The position numbers were made by a program, and so were the translations under genes. The notes beneath the pieces were generated by a model, which saw only the letters and a list, made by a program, of their open reading frames with translations, had not been told where the DNA came from and ran no database searches. A stretch of 64,000 nucleotides of DNA from Oikopleura dioica (lineage: Eukaryota > Animalia > Chordata), in the NCBI GenBank assembly GCA_907165135.1, contig OU015570.1:496001-560000 (forward strand). Direction: 5' to 3'. How positions within the stretch are numbered: the first letter of the stretch is position 1; each line of letters begins with the position of its first letter. Below are positions 1-12,293 of this stretch, in pieces.

Positions 1-1233
1 AACAATCGAATATCTTCTTCAATCAGGGGTCTGGATTTCGGCCAAAAATGAAAAGCGAAAGCGAAAATTTTTCAAAAATTTTAAGCGAAAGCGAAGCGAG
101 GCGAATCAGAATTTCGAAAGCGAAAGCGAAGCGAAGCGAAAAATTTTTCTAAAAAGGGAAAAAAAGCGAAGCGAAGCGAAAAATTTTTCTAAAAAGCGAA
201 AAAAGCGAAAATTTTTTAAAAATACGTAACTTTTGAGAAAGTGTTCATTTCAAGTTCGATTTCTTATTTTTTGTGTTTTTCGGACATCCGGTGATACGGC
301 CTAATTATTCGGCTTGGAGGCCGAAGGATTGATGCGTGTAAAAACACTGATTCTTCAGCAAAAATAGAAGAATAAGTGATAAAAAATGCGCTTTTTTGAG
401 TTTTTCTCTAGAAAATGTCCTTTTGACTCATACTTTCAATCAAAGGTCTATCAAAAGATTTTCGATAATCGATTCTTGAAAATTTGCCAAAGAATCACTG
501 TCAATTATATCATAAATCCTTCGGTTCAAGGCAATTCTCAATAAGCCCAAGAATCAGTGTTATTGAAAGCATTAATTCTTCGAAACCTTAAATAAACCTT
601 AAATTTAATAATCAAGGAACTGGGCTGAGACGGCCTTTTATTTATATTTTAGAAATTTTTGAACTATTTTTTCAAAAAGGGCGATTTTTTGCAAAAATGG
701 AAATTTTCAAATTGGCCGCATTTCCGTTACCGGGCACTACCGGACGAGGTTACAAACTTTCTTTAGAAAGCATCGTCTGCACTTTTTTGTGGTTGTCTTC
801 GTTAGGTTGTGGGTCGTTGTGGTTTCGAGTAATTCGACCAAATGTCCGAAACTCGTGGTATTTATCCGAAAAAATCGCTATTCTACCATCAAAAATTTTT
901 AATTTTTACTTATTTTTATTAGATCTCGTTTTATTAACGTATATGGTCACTTGGTTTCAGCGTTTTTTGAAAACAACACGTTTCCGGCCGAAATCCCACC
1001 AGCGCAACCCCATCCATACACATCGTAGAACATGAAATCGGCGCGGCGCGCCACGCTCGCCCAGCATCCCGCCGTGTCCTACTTTTCAGGATGCCATAAA
1101 ATTCGAACGGATAAAGCTTTTTCCAAAATTTCTTCGACATTAAGATCATCAAAGCCTTAACTTTTCACAAATCAAATACCGAGTATTTCAAGCGTTTGCC
1201 CCCAGAAAATCAAAAGTCGACTTATATCATATA

Positions 1234-1394
1234 CAGTGGGTTGCGCAGGTAGTTGCCCCCTAAAGAGCGGGCGAAGGGTCAACCAATCCTGCAATCACTT
1301 TGAGCAAGTCTAGAAAGAAACAATAGAAAAAGCGCGGGCGAAGGGGCAACCAAAGCGGCAATCGCAAAGGGTCAACTACCTGCGCAACCCACTG
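1234..1394. mobile_element. 161-bp MITE, Tc1/mariner-type
   Basis: TIR CAGTGGGTTGCGCAGGTAGTTG and TA on both flanks. A same-length copy lies in reverse orientation at 23658-23818. Confidence 0.9.
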
Positions 1395-2079
1395 TACGGT
1401 ATATGTCGACTTTTGAAAATCCAATTTGCTGGTCAGCCAATCAAAGCTCTGGAAAGCCTTAGTGGCAGCGCTTCTCGGGTTTTGAGTCTGAAATACTCGG
1501 TATAAGCAGAATCGCAAAAGAAAAAGTTGGAGAAAATCACATGAGTTGGTTAAACTCTATCTCTAGGGTTCGCGCCCAAAAACTATCTTCTGATAGACAG
1601 ATGGATTTTTTTTCAAATTTCTACAGGTGAAATAAACATGTTTAATGATTTAAAATACATGTTTTCGAGAAAAAATATTAAAGGGTTGAAGAGATACCGA
1701 TGAAAGTAGGGGTTGCCCTGGACTCGAGCCCGAATTAGCGACACCAAGTGTGCGTGTTTCGCTTTTTCCTTAAGCGGAGGACCATGCGGAGCCTCCGCGG
1801 CGGAGGAACCCGCCAGCTGGAAGAATTCTCTTTACGAAAAGAAAATCCTCTCACTGAACTCTCGCATTATTGGATTTCATTTTCATGTGAGCTAAAAGGG
1901 AACTAAAAAAAATTCATAAATATTCGTTTTGAAAAAAAATCCAAAATTTTCATTTTCTTCGAAAAGCTTTCTAAGGTGATAAAAATAATTTTAAAAACAA
2001 AAAGAACTGATTTAAATTCGTCTTAACCATAGAAAAAGCCTAAGTCAGGCCCCTAAGATAATTCGACGACTGTAAGAAG

Positions 2080-2395
2080 ATTTCTAAAAAAACCATAAAG
2101 AAATGAAAAATAGGGACAATATAAATTTTTATATCAGATGGAGGTGGGTGGGGTTGGGGACGCAACTGAGAATGATCAACTCAGTGTTTTCCCAGCCTTT
2201 ATCAAGCCCCTTAAATATAAAAATCAAGGGACGGGGCTGAAACGGCCCGAAGGGCCGTCAAGCCCCTAAAATTTAAAAATCAAGGGACGGGGCTGAAACG
2301 GCCCGAAGGGCCGTCAAGCCCCTAAAATTTAAAAATCAAGGGACGGGGCTGAAACGGCCCGAAGGGCCGTCAAGCCCCTAAAATTTAAAAATCGA
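2080..2395 (+). repeat. G-tract head + ~53-bp hairpin minisatellite family, copy A (~3 units)
   Basis: Head GGAGGTGGGTGGGGTTGGGGAC followed by units containing ACGGCCCGAAGGGCCGTCAAGCCCC. Confidence 0.85.
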
Positions 2396-2630
2396 AAATT
2401 TACGTTTGGTACGGGGGCTGATCAAAGAAGAAAACTTTTTTTTTTTTGAGCACGCATTTCAGGGACTCTTGAGCATGAGCACGTCTGAGCACGACACGCT
2501 TGAATTTTCGTTGAGCTTGAGCACGCTGATCATCAGTGCTCTGAGACTTTTCAAACCCTGCCTTGAAAGCCTCTCACGAAGTTGTGATCCAGCTCATATT
2601 TTTCAAATAAAGTGCTGTTTGTAACTGAAA

Positions 2631-3119
2631 CTAGGGTCGGCACCGACCCGACCAAAAAACCCGACCTGGTCGGAAATGGTCGGGTTTTTATGGGCACCAA
2701 CCAGCCCGACCTCAGATTTTGTACCTCGATTTTGGATGGTCGGCTTTTGGTCGGTTTTGGTCGTTTTTTTTTGTGTCTTTTGGTCGGGTTGGTCGGTTTT
2801 TGGTCGGTTTTAACCTATGCATTTTAGCGATTTTTTTTTATTTCTCTCCGGCGACAAGAGAAAAATCGACGGCGAGTCCGGGCTAAAGCTCTTGAAAATT
2901 TAACTTTTCATGGCAAATCGACTGTCACAGTAAAATGCTTCGATCCGAGGCCCTCGAGGGCTGTGTGCGATAGAAGAATGTTGACAAATGTTAATTTTGC
3001 TCTTTGAAAAAACCGACCAAAAAAGCCGACCCGACCGACCAAAACGACCACGGATTCGGCCTCTTTTCACGGGGACCGACCAAACCGACCACGAAAATGG
3101 TGGTCGGTGCCGACCCTAG
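2631..3119. mobile_element. hAT-type MITE, 489 bp
   Basis: TIR CTAGGGTCGGCACCGACC, 8-bp TSD AACTGAAA (2623-2630, 3120-3127), and subterminal CCGAC/GTCGG repeats. Confidence 0.85.
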
Positions 3120-3149
3120 AACTGAAAAACTAACCAGTTCATCAAAAAA

Positions 3150-3290
3150 GACCCTCAAAGTTGGTCACGCTGACCTACACAGCGTAAATTTATACCCATG
3201 TAAAACGGGCCCTTATTCAAGTGCGAATAGCGCAGTGGGTTTCTCATAGGTATGAGCTTTCTGAGTGCGGCGCGTTCGAATCCTGATGAC
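3150..3290 (+). repeat. Dispersed repeat with a degenerate tRNA-derived (SINE-like) segment
   Basis: Homologous to 20615-20790 (minus): shared ACCCTCAAAG...AGCGTAAATTTATA...TAAAACGG...ATAGCGCAGTGG.TTTCTCATAGG, and a B-box-like GTTCGAATCC. Confidence 0.5.
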
Positions 3291-5986
3291 GTTCGAAAAT
3301 TGGTACTGGCAGTACCAAAAGCTTTGTTACTGCGAGTCGCCGACGCCCAGTCAATCTCCTGTAGGAAAACATGTGCTTGGAGGTTCTAGAAACTCTCATC
3401 CTCCATTCGTCAGGAAATAAGCGGATTTTCCTGACGAATGAAGGGTACAAGAATTTTCCTGACGAAGGGAGGGTCACCCTTTTTCAGTATGCTCAAGTTG
3501 AGTCCCAAAAACGCGAAATTCTCGCGTGCGCGTGCGCAACAATTTTCAAAATCCGCGTGCGAGTGCGTGCGCACGTACGCACGCGTGTTTTGGAACTCTG
3601 AGCAGCTCAACCCTCAAAAAAGGGGTTGAGATATCATTTTGCAAAAACAAGACCCCTTTTATTCGTTAGAGAATTTTATGCACTTTCGAATCATACAAAA
3701 AAATTCTAAAAATGAATCTCGTAGGTGGCGAAATCACGTGATTTCTGCAATTCGCCATTTTTCGGCACTTTAAGGGCATTTTCAACCCTTTTGGGGAGGA
3801 GCTACGATAAAGTCGTAATTTACAAAAATGTTCCCCGGAGTTCACTCTATACAGTTAATTATGGAATTTTTGGACATTTTTTGTCCCAAGATTTTCGTAA
3901 AAATGTCCAAAAATTTGATACACGCTGCCGACAAAAATGTCCCATCCAAATCTGTTAAAAAATTTTTTGAGGAAAATCTCCATCATGCTCTGCATCATTC
4001 TTCTTCGAAAGACAAAAAATGTTTTAGGGGTACGAGATCAAGCTTCAATCTTATCTTTCTCAAATAAAAAGTATGATTTTTGATAAGATAAAAACGTCAT
4101 ATCTGGCAGAAAAACAGAAAATTTGAAATTTTGGCGCAGAAAATGTCCAAAAATTTGATACAGGCACCTCTGAAAAGTGTCCCAAGAAAACCCCTTAAAA
4201 TTGCAAAAAGGTCCAAAAATTTGATGTCCAAAAATTCCATAAAAAACTGTAAGAATAGAAGGTGAAAACCGGCAATATCGGAGGTTTTTTCGACCCGAAT
4301 TTTTAAGCGAGGAGCCTAATCATAGGCTGGATGGGCTCGGTTGTCATCGTTGATTGCGCTTGGTCATCTAAGTTGCAATAGAAGGCTTCATCTTGTTGGT
4401 TTTGGGACTGGATAGGCATGGCGAATCGAACAAGTAGGTCAGAAAGAAAGGTCTCCAATAGGGAATTAGCTTCTTTAACCCTATGCGTCTCGGTCAGAGC
4501 ACCCTCTGTGCGGCTCGCGGGGGAATTTTTTTCACCCGCCCATCTAGAACAATGTTATGCTTCTTCGGAGCAAAATGCGCTGACTCTCGTGTTATCACAG
4601 TCTCGGAGACAGAAAATCCTCAATTTTTGGTGTTTTTAGTCGAGCTTGAGATTGTTATGTAATAATTTTCATGTTCTCGAGACAAAATCGCACCAACTTC
4701 ACGAGCGTTCATTCGATTCTCTAGACAAATTTCATGTTCTCGAGACAAAAAGTGGTCATTTTCTACTGATTTTACGATTTACTCGGTGATGAAAAATACT
4801 AACATATCATTTTTATGTCTTAAGCAGATAGGAAATCTGACGTAGATTCTTATTCTTTTTGAATTTTCTAATTTGGACAAAAATTGGCCGAGAAATTCTC
4901 AAAAAAGGGGCGCGGGGGAAAAAAGTTCCCCCGCGAGGCGCATACGGTTAAGTTCAATTTGAAAGTTTGGATAGTTAGCTTATTCCCGCCAGACTTTTCG
5001 ACTTGCTTAAAAATGTTTTTCGTAGTTGTTTATGACGACATTCGCAAACTGCGGGATCGGCCTAAATAACTATGATAATTCAACCAAAGCTGCCGTCTTT
5101 GTCTGCCAGCAAAGAAGGGATGCCCCTTTAATGCACTCGTTCTTCCAAAAGTCTATAATACTTTCGTAAGCTTCTGCTTGAACAGTGCGATTTTGAAATC
5201 GATCTTGGGCTCGGAGTTTGGCGTTTCTGGTTGTGTTCGCAAGGTCAAGTAGTCGCGACCATTTCGGATCGAGGTACAGTGATAACCCATTTTAAGGCCC
5301 ACCATTTTAAGGCCAGTTTTTTGAAAAATTCTGAAAATTTGTCATCCTCAAAAAGTCCATTCTAAGGCCACTTTTGATAGTTATTTTTTCAAAATTCGAA
5401 AATAGAAATTTTGCGGCATAATTAAGCGAAGAAATGGGGTATTTTTAATCGATATCAGGACAAGATTCAGCCCGAAATGATCAGAGCTACATTTGGTTCT
5501 CGATTGATTCGAGAATCTAGCGTTGCGACTATACGCTTAAAATTCTTTTTTAATGTGCAGCCGATTTAAAAAGAATTTCAAAGGTAAGGTTTTTGGTCTT
5601 CTGCGGACAGGAAGTAAGATACTCCTCAACTTTGAAGAGCAAAAATCAGTCAATCATCTGTGACAAATGATTTGTCTTTTGACCAAAGACTCTTTTGCAA
5701 AGAGGTTCTCATATAACAAAAATTTTATTTGTCTTATTTTCAGAACATCAATAATATTTCAATGTAAGGATCAAAGCTGATCTTCCGATACAAAATCTTA
5801 ATATGCTCTTCTTGCTTTCTTATACCTGTTTCTGAACGAGTTCAGCAGGCAAGAGGCGAAAATTTTCAGTAAATCCCGTTTGATTCCAAACAAAAATGAA
5901 AAAAAACATTGTCATCCAACTCAACCCGAAAAATATCCGTTTTAAGGCCACTTTTGAAATTTGCTGTCATCAAAAATCGGCCTTAA

Positions 5987-6804
5987 GGGATCCCCGATTT
6001 GGCCAACTTTGAGGTCGAACTACTTTTTCGGGCTTAGCTATCTTAGAAGTGAGGGGCATTTTTTGAAGCCCATTTCTTAATGAGCAATCTCTAGTATTGA
6101 AAATAAATTTGAAAAGGCGAATCACCTCTAAAAATAGCCGTAAAGACATTGATAGTCGCCAAAACCCTTGTTTTGGGCTATTTTCAAAATCGATCTACTT
6201 TTTTTCCCTCTAATATATTTCCCCGATCTTAATTTTAAGCCTGGAAAATACCCACGTTCGCCAGTAAGTGTGAACGTGGGTATCGAATACCCATGTTCGG
6301 AAGAAAGAGTGAACGTGGGTATAAATACCCACGTTCGGGGGAACAGTGAACGCGGGTATAATACCCACATGACCGCATACCACCCTTAAAACCTCTCTTT
6401 TGCCCTAAACTACAATCTCTCGTACAGGCATATGATGTTGTCAAGGATTGAAGATTTTTTCTTACTAAAAACTTCTTCGAGTGATTTTGGCCATTTTTAA
6501 GACTTTCTATGCTCTGTACCGCCTCTAAGTGGCTAAATATTTCATCGAAACTATTTTTTCTTGATTCAGTTTTCTCTAAGCTATCTATAGAGCCCTCATT
6601 CATATGAATCTGTCGAATTTGAAAAGTCAAAAATTTCGCGATTTTTTTGGTCAAAATAAGCCATTTTCAAAGCTCTGTCACGGTTTATCACGTGGCGTAA
6701 CCTCCTTGACATAATATATAAATATGATCCTCAGACAATGGAAATTTTAATAGGGTATCACGGAAAAGCCCTCGATGACATTTTTCAAATCGGGAGGGGA
6801 TCCC
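5987..6804. mobile_element. TTAA-target non-autonomous element (Kolobok-type termini)
   Basis: TTAA at 5983-5986 and 6805-6808; TIR GGGATCCCC...GATTTG. 5'-GG termini fit Kolobok rather than piggyBac (5'-CCC). Confidence 0.75.
6241..6386. repeat. Tandem palindromic units (TACCCACGTTC...GAACGTGGGTA)
   Basis: About 3.5 units of ~38 bp ending in TACCCACATGACCGCATACCACC. A related end occurs at ~33180-33260. Confidence 0.65.
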
Positions 6805-8110
6805 TTAAAATGGGTTTCACTGTAGATTGTTCGCACGTGGGCGTCAACAATTCCCGGCAGTATGTATCTTTGATACATAACCTTGCCGCTATCATTCATT
6901 CCGAAAAATGGGAATCTAAAGTTGCTCCTTGGGAAGGCATTTTTAATTTCTGATCTGCTTCGTTTTTGTGTAATGTTAGAGTGGGGCTTGTGAGCCTCGC
7001 CTCAGAGCCATAAGCGGTGCTGATTGGGCGCCTCGTGGTAGACCGTGCCGCGCCTGGGTATTTTCCCGCGCTTGTTTTTGGTTTCTTCAAATCACCTGTT
7101 TTTGGTCTTTTGGTGTGATTTTTATGAAAAATTTGGGTAAGGTGTCCTCTAATGACATCTTGACTTACTCTTATGTATTATCTAGCTTCTTCTGTGAGTA
7201 TTTGAATCTGATTTCATCATTCCTTCTCCACATGAGAAGACTCAGATGATGATCAGGTTTTTCGAGTATTTTGATGCTACTTCTGTGAGCATTTGATTTT
7301 TTCATCGGTTTTTCTCCACACGAGCAGATACAGATGTCTTTGGTGGTTCTATTGTGAGCATTAGAATCGCGGTCATCAATTCTTCTCCATACGAGAAGAC
7401 TCGTATGATGATTTGGTGTCGAGTACTAAGCTGCATGCGAAGCGGGCAATTTTCGCTTCTACTGTAGTCGTGTAACGTGCTTCTGAAGGTAAATCTGAAC
7501 CCGTTTGGGTCCATTGGGAGCAGACTCCAACAGTTGTTGAGGTCAACGCGTCCAGTAGCCATTAAACTGTGCTGTGCCGGCTGTGGCAGGGTTTGATATC
7601 GCAGGCTCCTTCTGCTGACTTAACTGAGTTACCACGGATATTTTTCATGAGCTAATGCGGACTCATGGCACTTGAATTTGAACATTGCTATAGCGGTTGG
7701 TGATGGACTTCCAGCATACAGTCGAAATTCTTATCGAAGGTCCAAGAAGATAATCGTTTTACATTCCTAGGGTACGGTGTTGGTTAACTCAGTGCAGTGT
7801 TGTCCCGGAGGTAATAACTTCTCCCTCTTTGTAAACGAATTCTAGAGATCGATCAGTGATCAAAAATTAAAAGAAGCAAAATATTCAAATCTTGGAACGA
7901 TTTCTTTCAAGCGAAATTTTCGCGAGAATTTTTCGTTAAAAACGAAAGCGAAGCGAAGCGAAGCGAATAGAAATTACAATAAACGAAAGCAAGCGAAGCG
8001 AATTCGCTTCGCCTCGCTTTGCTTCGCTCATGAGCAAGTTCGCTAAGCGAATCCAGACCCCTGCTTCAATATGATTTCATAATTCGTCAGCATGAGTCAT
8101 TGTAGCTTAA

Positions 8111-8845
8111 GGGACCACCCGCAGCGAGCTCGCGCCGTTTTTCACGAGCGCAGAACTTTTTCTAACCATCTTCAAATTCTATGAAAATCTCAGATCAAGT
8201 GTAGATTTTTCTTATCTTTCGTCTCCTATTCGAATTTTTTTCCTATCATAATTTTTGAATTCTCATGATAGAAAAAATGACGCTCAACTTCAAAAGGCAT
8301 CAGCTCCTTAAATACTTGTCACTCGAAGTTATAAATACCCTCATTAAAAAGCGCATTCAATTTTGACCAGGTCCAAGTTCGCGTGGTCTTTAAATTTAGC
8401 TTATATCCGGTCATAATGAGGGGATGAGTGCAGTAACTCGGTGTAAAGCCGGTGTCGCGCAGCGTGGAGCGCGCCTATTCAGCCAAAATCGTGCAAATTC
8501 CCCGCCGCGCGAAGGGGGTTTCTTGATAAATCCCCTGATTACGATCTTATATAAATAAAAATCGAAGACCACGCGAACTTGGACCTGGTCAAAATTGAAT
8601 GCGCTTTTTGATGACCGTATTTTTAACTTCGAGTGACAAGTATTTTAGGAGCTGATGCCTTTTGAAGTTGAGCTTCACTTTTTCTCTTTCCTGAATTCAA
8701 AAATTATGATATTAAAAAAAATTCGAATTGGAGATCAAAGAGTAGAAAAATCTACATTAGATCTGAGATTTTGATAAAATTTGAAGAAGGTAAGAAAAAG
8801 TTCTGCGCTCGTGAAAAGTGGCGCGAGCTCGCTGCGGGTGGTCCC
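8111..8845. mobile_element. 735-bp foldback element with TTAA TSD (Kolobok-type)
   Basis: TTAA at 8107-8110 and 8846-8849; TIR GGGACCACCCGCAGCGAGCTCGCGCC extends as ~280-bp imperfect inverted arms. Confidence 0.85.
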
Positions 8846-9793
8846 TTAAAGGTTCCAGGAGTCTCTACTCTGAAGAAATATAAATTATATAATCTTTTAA
8901 TCAAGAACCAAATAAGCACCTGTCGTCGTTGACTTTCAATAGTTTCGATGCTTAAAGAGCACGTTGTCAAGCAAGTCAAGCTGTTTCACCTTGAGCTGCA
9001 TTTTCTTGTCTTGAAGGTCAACAAAGACGAGTGAAGGACATTTAAACTTATAAGACATTTAAACCCATTAGAATTAATGAGTCGTCGAAATGGGTTTAAA
9101 CGGTCAATGGGTTGAAATGTCAAAATGGGTTTGAATTTCTTGATGGATTTAAATGCCGAAATGGGTTTGAATGTCTTTTTTGCCAATAAAAAAATTTTGA
9201 AAAGAAAATGTTGGTAGTCAACTTGAATGAACAAAAATCTTCACCCCCCTCTAAAGATTTTTTCGGGAAACTTCGCCAGAAAAAAAGAAAATCGAACTTG
9301 AGTCAGCGAAATATAAGAGTAAAAGGCGAAAAATGGATATCAAAGAGGCAAAAACTATCAACATAGAGTTGAGCTCAAAGTGGAGTATGACCCCGGGTCC
9401 CCTTTCCCGAAGTCCCCTTTCCCGTCGAGACGACGAACTCCAGATTTTGGCGCTTAATTAAGGCGCGCCCAAATCGAGCGACGAACAGGGCCAACGTCGC
9501 TCAGATTCATACCCCCCCTCCAAGTTTTTGCGCATTCCATTTTCCGTAATTAACTCTTCCTGATTTTTTGATTTTCATTTATTCGCGAGATCTTTCGACC
9601 TAGATAGGTCTTCTGTAGACTTAAAAAGTTGAACTAGAGGAGAAAAGAAAGGGAGTTACTGTACCGGACTTGCGGAAAGTGAGCCGGTGTGAGAGAAAGA
9701 GGGAAAGGCGCGAGTGAATCTAGAAAGAATAAATCGCGTATCTGGGGAATTTGATCTATAGGCTCCAGATACGCGATTTAAAATGCCTATAGA

Positions 9794-12251
9794 TCAAATA
9801 ATGCAAACTTCTTTGAAATCACCTTGCTCGTTTATAGTGGGTTTACATAGTTTAATGAGGAAGCTTTCTGTGAGTTTACGATTGTTGTAGTGTGGTAAGT
9901 TGGACTGTTGGATGGAGAACTTGGATTTGGCGAATTCGCCTTGTGAAATGTGTGATGTAACTTCTGGAGAGTTGATTTAGTCGTTGTATTCGGTTTGGAA
10001 TGAGTCACAGTTGTTAGTGTGGAGTTAAACAGCAGTTCTACTGGACTGGCGAGTGTGATCAAGAGTACGGAGATGGAAGGTTCTAAGGGTTTCCCCTATG
10101 TAAATTTGAGAGCACGAGCAGTTGAATTTGTAGCAGAGTCCTGATTTGTTTTTAGAGTCGGTTTTACGCTTGAGACGGGAAGTGATAATTTGGCCAAGGC
10201 AAAGTGTTTTGAAAGCGAGAACAACTTTGAATTGAGGAGTAATGTTACGGATGATGCGGGCAATAGATTTTGCAATTTTGTTGACACGTGAGGATGTTAA
10301 TTCGAGGCTAAGATGGAATCGGTGAGTAATATTAGATCTTTTTCGGGTGGGATAAATTTGCGATCTTTGATGGTTTTAATTTAAGAGCGGATAAGTTTTT
10401 TGGGGTAAATGTTTTTTACGAATTTTTTGGTTAGATTTGCGAGTGCACAGTCAAGGTTTTTAGGAATTGTTGTACAGTTTGCGCGATAAATTTTGCCAGA
10501 GAGTAAGCCAAGTTTGTGTGAAAGAGGACTAATGGATTTGTGGAAGTGTTGAAGTGAGTCACTCTTGGTAGGTTTTTGATAAAGTTTGAGTTCTAATTGG
10601 TTGGTGGACTGGTCAAGGTAGATAGAAGTGTCAAGAAAATTTAGGGAGTTGTTGGAGTCGAATTCTATTGTAAATTTTACATTTTGGTCCCAGTTATTTA
10701 TGAGATGGTTAATGCGTGGCAGTTCAGATTTTCGAATAAAAGCGATAACGTCATCAACATAGCGTCCGTAGAATTTAATATTGTTTTGAGCTTTTTCACT
10801 ATAAATGATTTCAAGAAAGTGCATCATAAGGTTAGCAATTATGCCGGATATTTGTGATTCCATGGCGACACCACTTCTTTGCCGATAGAAGTTGGTTTCA
10901 GTGCAAAAAGCATTGTAGTAGGTGAGAGTTTTAGTGAAAACTTCGTCGAAAATGTGTCTTGGGATAAAGTCACATTCATTATTGTCTCTAGAATCCTTTT
11001 CGAAGAATTTTTCAGGATTGGCATAAATGAGATCGATGATTTTAGGAATAATGCGCATTAGAGGAACACTTGGATACATAGATTGTATATCAAAGCTAAT
11101 AATCCAGTCGGTCTAAGGGTTGAATTTATGGCGATGCATTAGAAATTTCTTTTATAAATCTTGAGTGGATTTTAAGTTATATTAAATTTCAGGCAGGATT
11201 TTGTTTAAAATTTTGGCGAAGTAAATTTCAATACCGGAAGTGAGGCTATTTTTGGAATTAACGATAGGGCGCAGTGGGTGTCCGGTTAGGGTTAGGGTTA
11301 GGCGGATTTTATGGCGTAGTTGGGGCGAATGAGATTGAAGGTATTTTTACTGAGATAGGGTTCAGATTTACGAATTAGAGTGTAGAAGCTTTTGAGATCC
11401 AGATAAAGTGGGTTACGGTTTAACTTTTCAAATTGGGGATTATTGAATTGTGCAGTGAGTTTAGAGTTGTATTCGGTAGTAGAGATAAGTTCGATATTTT
11501 AAGATTTGTCTATCTTAACGAAGCGAACAGAGGGATTGTTATCAAGGAAAAAAGTAAGTAGTTTTTGTTGGTTCTGCGGGGTGTAACATTTGCGTAGCTG
11601 ATGAAATTTCATTTTTAGATGGAATTTACATTCGTCAATAGTTAGCGCATCAATGTGGTTTTGTTCAGCGAATTTGGTCCAGTTTTGAGTTAGTTGTTCA
11701 AGGGCGGTAAGTAATTTTAAATAAGAGGATGAGCCTCCAATCGGGAGGTCTATTCCTAATTCGAGCAATTTGGTGAGTTCAGGAGGGATGCTTATGTTTG
11801 TTGAGTTAAAACTAGTAATTGGACAGTATCGGTCAGTGTTGGAGGACAGAAGAGAGTTTAGCTTCTTGTCACGTTTAAGGTCAAGAGCTGATTGGTTGTT
11901 AGAAATAGTGGAGAAAATTTTTTGTTTAGCAGTAGAGAATTCGGAAGGGGTTAAATTTTGTTGTAGTTGGGCGAGCTGGTTGTTGAAGGAGGTTTGTAGC
12001 GAACAGATACGGTTTTGGGTGGATGTGATATCTTTTTCGATGATTTTAAGTCGATGGGTAGTGAGTTGTTCGGGTGACCAATTAGTGTGTTGGAGTAGGG
12101 ATTTTGGAAGACGGGTATAAGAAGGAGGTATTTTAGTTTTGAAACATTCACTTAGGAAGCGTAGGTGTTGTTTGTTCTTGTGAAGTTTCTCTCCTAGTCT
12201 TATGGTTTCTCTAATTCGGGAAGTTCGTCGATTATCCATTTGGTAATTCAT
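9794..12251 (-). pseudogene. Penelope-type RT + GIY-YIG endonuclease ORF, disrupted by stops and frameshifts
   Basis: N-terminal ORF 11499-12251. RT motifs: GHPLRPIVNS, ISFDIQSMYPSVP, YRQRSGVAM, YGRYVDD (YVDD 10750-10761), SLNFLD. Endonuclease: LCYKFNCSCSQIYIGET...RKLTESFLIK..KPTINEQ, with TGA at 9794-9796. Confidence 0.92.
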
Positions 12252-12257
12252 TTATTC

Positions 12258-12293
12258 GCGAGATCTTTCGACCTAGATAGGTCTTCTTCAGGC
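12258..12293 (-). ncRNA. Minimal type I hammerhead ribozyme motif in the upstream pLTR
   Basis: Minus strand gc-CTGAAGA-A-GACC-TATCTA-GGTC-GAAA-GATC-TC-gc. Helix III is the palindrome AGATCT; helix I is only 2 bp. It lies just upstream of the ORF ATG. Confidence 0.6.

Larger units (their letters stand above)
5277..6822. mobile_element. Tc1/mariner-type non-autonomous element, interrupted by a TTAA element
   Basis: TIR CAGTGA(T)AACCCATTTTAAGG / CCTTAAAATGGGTTTCACTG with TA flanks. A related copy lies at 19554-20104. Confidence 0.8.
5090..6990 (-). pseudogene. Degenerate transposase-like fragments (hAT-like motifs), split by the 5277-6822 MITE
   Basis: Removing 5277-6822 and one TA joins ...GIVDAHVRTIY to LDPKWSRLL...YESIIDFWKNE in frame. 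This resembles the hAT xxLDPRFK and C-terminal DxWK motifs. Motif-level resemblance only. Confidence 0.4.
24..8063. mobile_element. 8-kb TIR DNA transposon relic (hAT-like; P-like not excluded) containing nested insertions
   Basis: TIR CAGGGGTCTGGATT(T)CG at 24-40 and CGAATCCAGACCCCTG at 8048-8063. CTTCAAT flanks both ends (17-23, 8064-8070). Subterminal GCGAA repeats occur at both ends (~55-210, ~7910-8050). Confidence 0.85.

Noticed and set aside
3283-3298. CTGATGA...CGAAA motif
   Set aside because: No helix II or helix III can form.
7100-7750. Possible transposase N-terminal motifs (zinc finger or first catalytic Asp) in the 8-kb relic
   Set aside because: Resemblances are scattered over several frames with stops and a degenerate internal triplication; too weak to call.
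8111-8845. piggyBac assignment for the TTAA-flanked elements
   Set aside because: Termini are 5'-GGG rather than the 5'-CCC of piggyBac; Kolobok-type is preferred, though unproven without a transposase.
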